From Candidatus Peribacteraceae bacterium (GTDB lineage: Bacteria; Patescibacteriota; Gracilibacteria; Peribacterales; Peribacteraceae): DNA of 64,000 nucleotides. The stretch's first letter is position 1, and each line of letters begins with the position of its first letter. A model generated the notes under the pieces. That model did no database searches. It worked only from the letters and a program-made list of their open reading frames with translations, and was not told where the DNA came from. Shown piece after piece: positions 36,376 to 44,077 of this stretch. Where the stretch lies: assembly GCA_040081825.1 (NCBI GenBank), contig JBEBFT010000003.1, positions 17,204 to 81,203 on the forward strand, written 5' to 3'. The position numbers and the translations under genes are program-made.

Positions 36376-36444
36376 ATGTTCTACTTATTCCCACATATTC
36401 TTATGATCGGTGGTTCAGGTTGCGGTTGCGGCGGCTCTTGCTAG
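36376..36444 (+). CDS. Candidate 22-aa Cys/Gly-rich micro-ORF (MFYLFPHILMIGGSGCGCGGSC)
   Basis: The ATG lies 5 nt after the -10 box, so it could be leaderless. An in-frame internal ATG at 36403 would give MIGGSGCGCGGSC. Stop is at 36442-36444, 28 nt before a strong terminator. No homology evidence. Confidence 0.3.
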   Translation: MFYLFPHILMIGGSGCGCGGSC

Positions 36445-36471
36445 TCGACAACGAACCCAAATAACGAGAAA

Positions 36472-36500
36472 GCTCGGGTCCATTGGATCCGGGCTTTTTT
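36472..36500 (+). terminator. Rho-independent terminator
   Basis: GCTCGGGTCC-att-GGATCCGGGC (10 bp, two G-U pairs) followed by TTTTTT. Confidence 0.7.
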
Positions 36501-36617
36501 CGATGGTGTTCTACCGTGACGTAGAACATTGTTCATGCGACTACGCTCAACAAAACAAGATGTTGCCTTTCTCATCGACTAGTCATCGGGAGCAATCTGA
36601 CTATACTACTCAGTGCA

Positions 36618-39600
36618 ATGCGTGAGCCCTCCGCTGACATCCTGCTGGCAGCGTGTAAACATCTGACTGAGGGTGAGCAGAGCGACATCGAGGAGGCGTA
36701 TGCATTTGCGCTCGAAAAACATGCATCTCAAACCCGAGAGGACGGTTCGCCGTACGTTTTGCACGTTATTGATACGGCAACGATCGTTGCGAACTGGGGT
36801 GCCGATCGCGATACAATCATTGCAGCACTTCTGCACGATGTGCTTGAGGATACCGCAGTCACAAAGAGCGACCTCCTCGAACGATTTGGCAAACGAGTAG
36901 CACTTCTCGTCGAGGCGACGACCAAGTTCACGGCAGCAGATCTGAATCCTGCACTAGACTTGGAGCGAAAAACAGAAACACTTCGCAAACTCTTCGACGT
37001 GATGCGTATGGACACGCGTTGCATCGTCATCAAGCTCGCTGATCGATTGCACAATGTACTGACCATCGACGCGTTGCCGGACGAACGGCGTGAGCGGTTC
37101 GCACGTGAGACGATGAATGTGTATTACAAGATTGCATTTCATCTCGGTATGCGAGAAGTCAGAAGGCAGTTTGCCGAGCACTGTGTTCCGTATGTGTATC
37201 CCGAAGGGGCAACAGATATTCGTGAGCGTGATCGACTCTGTCAGCAGTTCCAGTCGCTTCCGCATACAATCGAAAGGGTACTCAAGGCACAGGAAAGTGA
37301 ATCCTCAGGGATTGATCGTATTTTCCTTCAGCCGCGCAATGCCCAGATTTTTCATGACAAACGCACTGCTCGTGGCGGTACAGCTGCTTCACAAGACGCG
37401 TTCTCATTGATTGCCATCGTCACTGATGAGGAGCACTGTTATCACTTCCTCAAGTCCATTCACACTCTCTACAGACCAGTCGTTGGTCAGTTTCGCGATT
37501 ACATCGCAGCTCCCAGCGACTCTGGCTATCAGAGCTTACACACACATGTTTCGCTCCCTGATGGTCAAATCGTGGAAATACGTATCTACACAGAAAGCAT
37601 GTTCAAACGCGCAATGATGGGCATCATCGGCTCTTTGTTTGGTCATGGTGCTGCCAGTCCTGGCTTTGCGTGGCTGAAGCGTACTGAGGAACTGGATGTT
37701 CGCACTCGCGAAAGCAGTAGTGCCTTTTGGGAGGCTCTCGAGTCAGACATTTTACGCGAAACAATATCCATCAGCATCGATCAGCGTCGCTTGTCACTTC
37801 CCATGGGTTCCACGGCTCTCGATGCTGCTTTTGCACTGTACGAACAACGGGCTTCCTGCACCACCAGAATTGCGGTCAATGGTATCCAGTCTTCGTTTTC
37901 ACATGTCCTCAAAGAGGATGACAATGTACATGTCACTCTGGATTCTGTTCATCACGTCACGTTCGAATGGTTGGACGCAGTCTCAACCAGACATGCTCGC
38001 TTTCTGATCTCTGAAGAGTTGAAGCATCACTCTCGTGCTGAAAAAATAGCGCTTGGTTCGCGCATCTTGCAGCGTGAGTTGGATCACTACGGTAAAGGGC
38101 TCATCCAGCATCTGACTAGGTCGCAGTGTCAGGCTGCTGCAACCAAGTACAGTCGTCGTTCGTTCGATCAGGTTCTTTCGATGATCGGAGAAGGGGTACT
38201 GCGGTCGCGAGACGTTGTATTCTTCCTTTTCCCCGAAGAGAGGCGCACGCCGTTATTTATGGGCAGACTGGACGATTTTTATCGCTTCCGTATTGTCATT
38301 TCTTTCACTGATAGACCAAGCGATCCTCTCGCAGATCTTTCGAAGTTGGCAAAAATTCACAGCATCCATATCGATGCCCTCACACAAGAACATGGAAAGT
38401 CAGAGGTCGTGCTACATGTCGTTGGACACTCTGATACTCGTCAGCAGTTTGCAGATTTCGTCGAAGCACTGGAACGTCATGAGCACTGTTTGGGAGTGCA
38501 GACACTGATTCCCGCTCTGAAGAAATCTATATTAGTGGGGTCATTCCTTCTTGCGGGCATCGTGCTACTCGTCGATGTCATACTGCTTCCCTGGTATCAG
38601 GATGTATTTGAGGGGATTCCATACATACCTCGATTACTACTGCAGGCTGTGCCGCTGGTTCCTGTGCTCGTTGCAAACTTGTATCTTTTGCGACTACTGC
38701 GTCAGTACATCGTGCGCATGCGGACGGATCGATGGTACTTGGTTGTCGGCTTAGTTCTAAACGTTGGTAGCTTGGGTGTGCTGGTTGGTCAGATGATGCT
38801 GAATACCAAGGGTCATACTCTGTTGCCATTGATTGGGTTTTTTACGCTCTTTCTTGTGTATATGGGCTACAGGTTTCTGCGCACCGAGGCCCTGTTTGCA
38901 CCATTTGATGAGAAGAGGATGACCCCACTCTCTGATGTCGAGTGGCAGAGTCGTCGGCGACGAAAGATGATGGGGTACTGCATTCGTCTGTGTGGAGTGT
39001 TTATTTGGGGCATTCAACCAATTGTCATTCGATACACTCCAGCGAATGATCTGTCCCCATTCTTGCGTACATTTCTCTACGGCCTCGGAGCCATGTCACT
39101 CATGGTGATTGCATACTTGCTGCCGACACTACTCCGACGTGGACGCTTGCCCTCTCTCAAGCTTCCCTACAATCACGCCTTTTTGATGATCGTATTCGGA
39201 CAAGTTGGTTTCTACTACTTCCTGAATGCGAGCTTGCTCTACACGAGCGCCACGAACCTACTTCTGTTCAACACATTCGCTCCCGTCATTGCGCTCATCA
39301 TTGCCGCATTCTTCTGGCGAAAGGATATTCCGTACCTGCGTGACCCCAAGGTCATGTTGGGCATTTTCCTTCTCGCTGTAATGGCAACCATCGGTAGCAC
39401 GCTCCTGATTCAAAATAGTAGTGCATCCGATCGTCCTTTCTCTCTTTTTGGCGACATGCTGGCAATGGTCGCGATGTTTTTCGATGTTCTGTTTGTCATT
39501 GGACAGATCGAGTACGTCAAACACTTTGCAAAATCCAACGTGCTCCTCCTCAATCTGCATGTGTACTCATTTGTCCTCCTGTGCCTTGCACCCGTTATTG

Positions 39601-39908
39601 TTCTTGGAACAGTGCTCGGTACATCCATTCTTGCGGGGCTCACGCAGACATCGCTTCTCTTCGGTCTGGGAATTGGCGTCATGATCGGTGTGGGGCAACT
39701 ACTCAATTACGAGGCGTTTAAACGTATCGACGGATACTTAGCGTTTATGATGTTCAATATTTCGGTGCTGATTACATTCGTGATCGAGACATTCCTCCTT
39801 CGTTCGGTACAACCGACACCACTACTCATCGTGAGCGGCCTCTTCATCATCGGCGCCTCCGTTATTGCTGAAATAATGAATTCGAGATGCGAAAAGAAGG
39901 GCGCATAG
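36618..39908 (+). CDS. rel: Bifunctional (p)ppGpp synthetase/hydrolase fused to a multi-TM EamA/DMT permease domain
   Basis: HD hydrolase (LLHDVLEDT), synthetase (RDYIAAPSDSGYQSLHTHV), TGS- and ACT-like segments up to about aa 635. Then about 460 aa of TM helices with EamA-like repeats (CGVFIWGIQPIVIRY...; LLNYEAFKRIDGYLAFMMFNISVLITF). Confidence 0.85.
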   Translation: MREPSADILLAACKHLTEGEQSDIEEAYAFALEKHASQTREDGSPYVLHVIDTATIVANWGADRDTIIAALLHDVLEDTAVTKSDLLERFGKRVALLVEATTKFTAADLNPALDLERKTETLRKLFDVMRMDTRCIVIKLADRLHNVLTIDALPDERRERFARETMNVYYKIAFHLGMREVRRQFAEHCVPYVYPEGATDIRERDRLCQQFQSLPHTIERVLKAQESESSGIDRIFLQPRNAQIFHDKRTARGGTAASQDAFSLIAIVTDEEHCYHFLKSIHTLYRPVVGQFRDYIAAPSDSGYQSLHTHVSLPDGQIVEIRIYTESMFKRAMMGIIGSLFGHGAASPGFAWLKRTEELDVRTRESSSAFWEALESDILRETISISIDQRRLSLPMGSTALDAAFALYEQRASCTTRIAVNGIQSSFSHVLKEDDNVHVTLDSVHHVTFEWLDAVSTRHARFLISEELKHHSRAEKIALGSRILQRELDHYGKGLIQHLTRSQCQAAATKYSRRSFDQVLSMIGEGVLRSRDVVFFLFPEERRTPLFMGRLDDFYRFRIVISFTDRPSDPLADLSKLAKIHSIHIDALTQEHGKSEVVLHVVGHSDTRQQFADFVEALERHEHCLGVQTLIPALKKSILVGSFLLAGIVLLVDVILLPWYQDVFEGIPYIPRLLLQAVPLVPVLVANLYLLRLLRQYIVRMRTDRWYLVVGLVLNVGSLGVLVGQMMLNTKGHTLLPLIGFFTLFLVYMGYRFLRTEALFAPFDEKRMTPLSDVEWQSRRRRKMMGYCIRLCGVFIWGIQPIVIRYTPANDLSPFLRTFLYGLGAMSLMVIAYLLPTLLRRGRLPSLKLPYNHAFLMIVFGQVGFYYFLNASLLYTSATNLLLFNTFAPVIALIIAAFFWRKDIPYLRDPKVMLGIFLLAVMATIGSTLLIQNSSASDRPFSLFGDMLAMVAMFFDVLFVIGQIEYVKHFAKSNVLLLNLHVYSFVLLCLAPVIVLGTVLGTSILAGLTQTSLLFGLGIGVMIGVGQLLNYEAFKRIDGYLAFMMFNISVLITFVIETFLLRSVQPTPLLIVSGLFIIGASVIAEIMNSRCEKKGA

Positions 39909-39975
39909 ACTTGCCTTCCAATATTTTTGCGAAGTATTTGCATATATCGAAAACACCAGGTACTCTAGGTTGGTC

Positions 39976-40386
39976 ATGGACTTTCCTTCGCTTCTCGCTC
40001 GTGCGAATCTCAGCAATACCGTGCAACGTCGCGCGATTCTTTCGTTACTGTCTTCATCGACCACGCCGCTCTCGCATGCCGATATGGCGTTGGCACTTCG
40101 AAAGAAAAAAGTCAGCATCGATACGGCAACCATCTATCGCATCTTCAAGCAGTTTCTGGAAAAGGGGATCGTGCATCGACATCCCAGTACTGGCGCATAC
40201 GTACTGTGTGCACTGCCGTCGTGTACGGGTCATCACGGGTTTCTGACGTGTAGTGAGTGCCACTCCGTCACCGAATTCGCCGACACAGCACTCTGTCAGG
40301 CGGAACATGCGGTTGCACGTTCGTTTAAGTTTAAACCACAGAAGCATGTGACCGATGTCGTCGGACTCTGTGCCTCCTGTCAGTAG
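39976..40386 (+). CDS. Fur-family regulator (likely Zur by context)
   Basis: TVQRRAILSLL, ATIYRIFKQFLEKGIV, and CxxC pairs CSECH...CASC. Immediately upstream of a ZIP transporter. Confidence 0.82.
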   Translation: MDFPSLLARANLSNTVQRRAILSLLSSSTTPLSHADMALALRKKKVSIDTATIYRIFKQFLEKGIVHRHPSTGAYVLCALPSCTGHHGFLTCSECHSVTEFADTALCQAEHAVARSFKFKPQKHVTDVVGLCASCQ

Positions 40387-40404
40387 CCACCTTCCTCCAT
40401 TCTT

Positions 40405-41259
40405 ATGTTTTCCACCCCTGCAGCCTTCAGTATTCTTAGCGTTCTGATCGTCAGCGCCGTATCTGCGTCCGGCATTATCTTTTTGATGCTGGCTACTTCC
40501 TCACTTCAGAGGATTATTTTCCTCTTTGTGAGCTTCGCTACCGGTGCCATTCTTGGCAACGTGTTCTTTCATCTTTTCCCAGAGATGATCGAACATGCAG
40601 ATGAGGTCAATGTTTCACTCCTCGTCTTCTTAGGGATTCTGGGATCCTTCATTGTCGAGAAGTTCATCCACTGGCACCACTGTCATGATGTGCACTGCAA
40701 AGAGCGGTCGAACGCTGTTGGTTCAATGGTGCTGATCGGAGATGCAGTGCATAACATCATGGACGGTATTCTGATTGCTACTGCGTATCTGGTCGATGTG
40801 CAGCTGGGTATCGCAACGACGATTGCTGTCGTGCTGCATGAGATTCCTCAAGAGATAGGGGATTATGCGATCCTGCTCCATAGCGGCTATTCAAAAATGA
40901 AGGCACTGCTATGGAATTTCTTTTCTGCATTAACAGCCATACTGGGTGCGCTCTTCGTACTGATCGCGGGTCAGTGGGTCCACGACATAGAGATCGTTTT
41001 ACTTCCGATTGTTGTTGGTAACTTTCTCTACATCGCTCTCGCGGACTTGATCCCGGAACTTCACCGAGAGGTACGCCCCAGTCGTGCACTTCTACAATTT
41101 GTCTGTGTCGTCCTCGGAGGTATGTTGCTCTATGTCATCTCAACGAATACTACACATCCGCATGTGGATGAACCTCGTGATGAACATGTAGAGGAAGGCG
41201 TGGATGAGCACGCTACGCGCTCAATGCCGTTTTCAGGTGACGGGTTACCGCTTTCATAA
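40405..41259 (+). CDS. ZIP-family zinc transporter
   Basis: HNIMDGILIA, VLHEIPQEIGDYAILLHSG and a His-rich loop (HWHHCHDVHC). Confidence 0.85.
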   Translation: MFSTPAAFSILSVLIVSAVSASGIIFLMLATSSLQRIIFLFVSFATGAILGNVFFHLFPEMIEHADEVNVSLLVFLGILGSFIVEKFIHWHHCHDVHCKERSNAVGSMVLIGDAVHNIMDGILIATAYLVDVQLGIATTIAVVLHEIPQEIGDYAILLHSGYSKMKALLWNFFSALTAILGALFVLIAGQWVHDIEIVLLPIVVGNFLYIALADLIPELHREVRPSRALLQFVCVVLGGMLLYVISTNTTHPHVDEPRDEHVEEGVDEHATRSMPFSGDGLPLS

Positions 41260-42223
41260 ACAGCGTCCACTGCCCTGCAAACTCGTGACCCTCACCGACA
41301 AGTTCCAGGTATTCCACATTCTTGCCGGCATCGACGAGTGTCGACGCCCATCGGTCAGACCATTCTTTTGGTACATCGCTGTCTCGGTCTCCGTGCACAA
41401 GTAGGATCGGAGCCTTGATGCTCTCTACGAATGACGCAGGTGAGAGTTCGTTCCAGATTTCCGGGTTGGTATCTGGAGTGCCAAAAATAGCACGCGTGTT
41501 ATCTCCTTCTTCTCGTAGCGATCTCCAGCGAGTGAAGTTGTCGAACACCCAGGCACTGACGGGAGCGTACAGCACTGCCGCGTCGACCAGATGCGGATGC
41601 GCGGTGAGGATTGCCATAGTCACACCGCCGCCGAGCGAATGCCCCATCATGCCGACATGTTCGGTGTCGATCGTCGGAAATTCCGACTTCGCTGCACGCA
41701 TCGCCAGAATCGCATTGATGCTGTCCATCGCATACTCCAGATTGCCGTCGTAAATCTTGGTAGTCATTGGGCTCGGATCGCTCCCTGCATGACCACGATA
41801 ATCTGTATGGAGAACCGCGAATCCTTCCCTCGCCAGATAGTCCTGCTCTCGGCGCAGTCCGCGGCCACGCGTGTAGACAACAGGATCGATGTATCCATGA
41901 TTCAGAATCACCAACGGAAATGGTCCTTCGCCCTTTGGTATCAGTAGCACGCCGGTGATCTTCAGCCCATTACTTGTGTAGTTGATGGCATAACGCGTGT
42001 AGACGGCGTTCTCGGATTCCACACTCTCGAGCGTGAGATTCGTGCCCTCTAGTCTCATGCTGGATAGAGAGGGGATACTGATGGGATCAGGAATCTGGAA
42101 TAGTGAAAGATTGGATACAGAAGACTGACTTGTCGTTATTCTTTCATCTGCTTCAGCTGGCCGAGGGTCATCAACACACCCACTGAGCAGAAGTAGGCAA
42201 CCTATGATCCATAGTCGACGCAT
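41213..42223 (-). CDS. Lipoprotein alpha/beta hydrolase (prolyl oligopeptidase / dienelactone hydrolase type)
   Basis: Lipobox LLLLSGC, nucleophile elbow GMMGHSLGGG, and LVHGDRDSDVP...GEGHEF. The 3' end overlaps the convergent ZIP gene by 47 nt. Confidence 0.75.
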   Translation of the reverse strand: MRRLWIIGCLLLLSGCVDDPRPAEADERITTSQSSVSNLSLFQIPDPISIPSLSSMRLEGTNLTLESVESENAVYTRYAINYTSNGLKITGVLLIPKGEGPFPLVILNHGYIDPVVYTRGRGLRREQDYLAREGFAVLHTDYRGHAGSDPSPMTTKIYDGNLEYAMDSINAILAMRAAKSEFPTIDTEHVGMMGHSLGGGVTMAILTAHPHLVDAAVLYAPVSAWVFDNFTRWRSLREEGDNTRAIFGTPDTNPEIWNELSPASFVESIKAPILLVHGDRDSDVPKEWSDRWASTLVDAGKNVEYLELVGEGHEFAGQWTLFMKAVTRHLKTALSA

Positions 42224-42246
42224 GCACTGGAGCGTACCATAGTTGC

Positions 42247-42596
42247 ATGCCTTACGACGCAGCACTAGCCGAGCGGATACGTCCTGCATTTCTGCCGCGT
42301 GCAGGAGCAGGAGAGAAGAATATGCCTGCCTGCCGGCAGGCAGGTTCGGTGGGATCGGATTCTTTGTCTACGGCAATATGTGCTGTGGTATTTGGAAGGA
42401 CTTGATGGTTGTTCGTCTCTCGCCAGAAGAAGGCTCAGAGGCGCTGAAGGAGAAACATGTACGTGTCATGGATATCACAGGTAAGCCGATGAAAGAGTGG
42501 CTCTTCATTGAACCTGCTGGCATCGAGAATGATGCTGACCTCCTTCGATGGATAGATCGTGAGTATGCGTTTGCGGCGTCGTTGCCGAGAAAGTGA
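42247..42596 (+). pseudogene. TfoX N-terminal-domain gene interrupted by a 20-bp palindrome
   Basis: Frame 1 from ATG 42247 gives MPYDAALAERIRPAFLPRAGAGEKNM. After the 20-nt insert, the frame of ORF 42243 continues FGGIGFFVYGNMCCGIWKDLMVVRL...AFAASLPRK. Joined, they make a complete TfoX_N-like protein. Confidence 0.75.
42325..42344. repeat. Perfect 20-bp palindrome CCTGCCTGCCGGCAGGCAGG
   Basis: Lies exactly between the Met and Phe codons of the conserved KxMFGG block. 20 nt is not a multiple of 3. Confidence 0.85.
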
Positions 42597-42668
42597 GAAC
42601 AGTCACCTTTCTTTGATCTCATTGTATTTGAGTTATGGTAGGTAGACAGAAAATCGAAAAAAAATGTT

Positions 42669-42754
42669 CCGAAGTCGGGCTTTGCCCGACTGGAGGAACT
42701 CCTCACAGGGAAAGGAGAGCTCGTGAGAGGAAAACCGTAGGTTTTTCTTTCACG
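42669..42754 (+). repeat. Two-hairpin structured element, copy A
   Basis: GTCGGGC-ttt-GCCCGAC (42674-42690) and CGTGAGAGGAAAACC-gta-GGTTTTTCTTTCACG (42722-42754, with two G-U pairs on this strand). Aligns with the reverse complement of 47585-47670. Confidence 0.6.
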
Positions 42755-42759
42755 CTTAT

Positions 42760-42779
42760 TGGCAGCCCCACGGAGAATC
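42760..42779 (-). repeat. Duplicated 3' end of tRNA-Glu(UUC)
   Basis: TGGCAGCCCCACGGAGAATC is identical to 42879-42898, which covers the T-arm 3' half, the acceptor 3' strand and CCA. Confidence 0.7.
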
Positions 42780-42812
42780 CCTTCGACTCGTCGCTTCGCT
42801 CCTCGCTCAGGG
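42779..42812. repeat. 34-nt copy of the CCCTTCGACTCG...CTCGCTCAGGG element
   Basis: Shares a 12-nt and an 11-nt exact block with pyrG 34136-34163. Confidence 0.55.
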
Positions 42813-42878
42813 TAAACTTCAATTCTCCTGTGCCGGTCATCAAATCCGTCGGCGCGCAAAAGCGCACCGCCGTATTTG

Positions 42879-42953
42879 TGGCAGCCCCACGGAGAATCGA
42901 ACTCCGATTACAGGAATGAAAATCCTGTGTCCTAACCGTTAGACGATGGGGCC
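42879..42953 (-). tRNA. tRNA-Glu (anticodon UUC), CCA encoded
   Basis: The reverse complement reads GGCCCCATCGTCTAACGGTTAGGACACAGGATTTTCATTCCTGTAATCGGAGTTCGATTCTCCGTGGGGCTGCCA, a canonical cloverleaf. Confidence 0.9.
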
Positions 42954-43006
42954 GGAGAGAGAAAAGAACTGACGAACTGCACCTTTTTTCGTTCAGGGCG
43001 TACGGA

Positions 43007-43055
43007 TTGTCATTTGTTCATTGTCAATTGTCAATTCATCTGTCAATTGTCAATT
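43007..43055 (-). repeat. Heptad array (TTGACAA family) with a promoter-like module upstream of tRNA-Glu(UUC)
   Basis: The minus strand reads AATTGACAATTGACAGATGAATTGACAATTGACAATGAACAAATGACAA. TTGACA (43034-43029), 17 nt, then GACAAT (43011-43006). Confidence 0.6.
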
Positions 43056-43107
43056 TTTCTCATGCGGGGGAATATAGTCTCCACATCAATCTTTTCCGCC
43101 TTTTCTC

Positions 43108-43506
43108 ATGTCTCTCGCAGTATTTTCCCTAACGCTCGGCGTGTTCTGCTATGCCGCTGGTTTCCCTATGGTGATGAACGACAAAAAGCACATCGCCTGG
43201 AGAAAGAAACTCCTTGCGGATACGAATGTCATTCGCTCTTTTTCCATCATCGTTGCGGTGATTGCGCTCGCAACCCTCAAGATGCAGTGGGAAATCACGC
43301 CCGACGGTGAAGGTGTGATGGTTGTCCTGGCATGGCTCATGCTTCTGGAGTCGGCGTTCATGCTCCTTTTTCCCGCACGCTACAGTGAGGTGAAACTGAA
43401 GGTGATGAATGCACTCATGCCAAATGAAGCAATGCAGTCCTTCTTTGGATTCGTTGCAATCTTGTTTGGCGCACTGCTCACCTACATGGGGCTGATGCTT
43501 CCGTAG
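43108..43506 (+). CDS. Hypothetical 4-TM membrane protein
   Basis: 132 aa with four hydrophobic helices and no recognisable motif. Confidence 0.45.
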   Translation: MSLAVFSLTLGVFCYAAGFPMVMNDKKHIAWRKKLLADTNVIRSFSIIVAVIALATLKMQWEITPDGEGVMVVLAWLMLLESAFMLLFPARYSEVKLKVMNALMPNEAMQSFFGFVAILFGALLTYMGLMLP

Positions 43507-43507
43507 C

Positions 43508-44077
43508 ATGGAACCAGCACTCGCGTATGCGATTCAGCACACAACATCTGTTGTGGTTTTGGGTTTGGGTCTCATAGCACTCTCGGGTGCGCTCTTTCAT
43601 CTGAGGCAGCAGGTCGCGTTCGTGCCGAGCAGTCGCAGAGTGGTCCAGAAGATGCTCGCACTTGCTCGCCCGAAGCACGGGGAAACGATCGTCGATCTGG
43701 GAGCAGGGGATGCGCGCTTTCTCATCACTGCTATGCGCCTGTTTCCTGAGTGCCGTGTCCTCGGGTACGAGGGCGCATGGTGGGTCTGGCTTCTCGGATG
43801 GATACGGCTACGTCTTTCAGGGGGTACAGCGCTCCTTCTGCATCGTGATTTCTTCTCGGTGTCACTGCGTGATGCCGACGTCGTGTGTTGTTATCTGTCG
43901 ATTCCTGCGATGAAGAGACTCCTTCCAAAACTCATACAAGAACTGAAGCCAGGTGCGCGCGTTGTCTCTCACGCTTTTTCACTCCCTGGCATTCAGCCAA
44001 CTGAGACGGTGCGCCTTCCGATGCCAATCGGTGGCGAAGCGGTCATCCGTCTCTACACCGTGCCGTTCACCATGTGA
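43508..44077 (+). CDS. Class I SAM-dependent methyltransferase
   Basis: IVDLGAGDARFL (motif I) and VVCCYL. Has an N-terminal TM helix. Confidence 0.65.
   Translation: MEPALAYAIQHTTSVVVLGLGLIALSGALFHLRQQVAFVPSSRRVVQKMLALARPKHGETIVDLGAGDARFLITAMRLFPECRVLGYEGAWWVWLLGWIRLRLSGGTALLLHRDFFSVSLRDADVVCCYLSIPAMKRLLPKLIQELKPGARVVSHAFSLPGIQPTETVRLPMPIGGEAVIRLYTVPFTM

Noticed and set aside
36410-36625. 71-aa ORF upstream of rel
   Set aside because: It reads straight through a strong intrinsic terminator and a second hairpin, has no ribosome-binding context, and overlaps the more parsimonious micro-ORF/terminator interpretation.
42243-42484. ORF-track starts 42243 (117 aa) and 42299 (61 aa) as the real TfoX-like gene starts
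   Set aside because: Their N-terminal parts (MHALRRSTSRADTSCISAACRSRREEYACLPAGR..; MQEQERRICLPAGRQV..) are frame artefacts created by the 20-bp palindrome. The family-conserved N-terminus is in a third frame, from ATG 42247.
42760-42878. Second tRNA-Glu gene or intron-containing tRNA next to tRNA-Glu(UUC)
   Set aside because: Only the 3'-terminal 20 nt and a 7-nt CACAGGA match are present. No acceptor 5' strand or D arm could be found. A scar or fragment is more likely.
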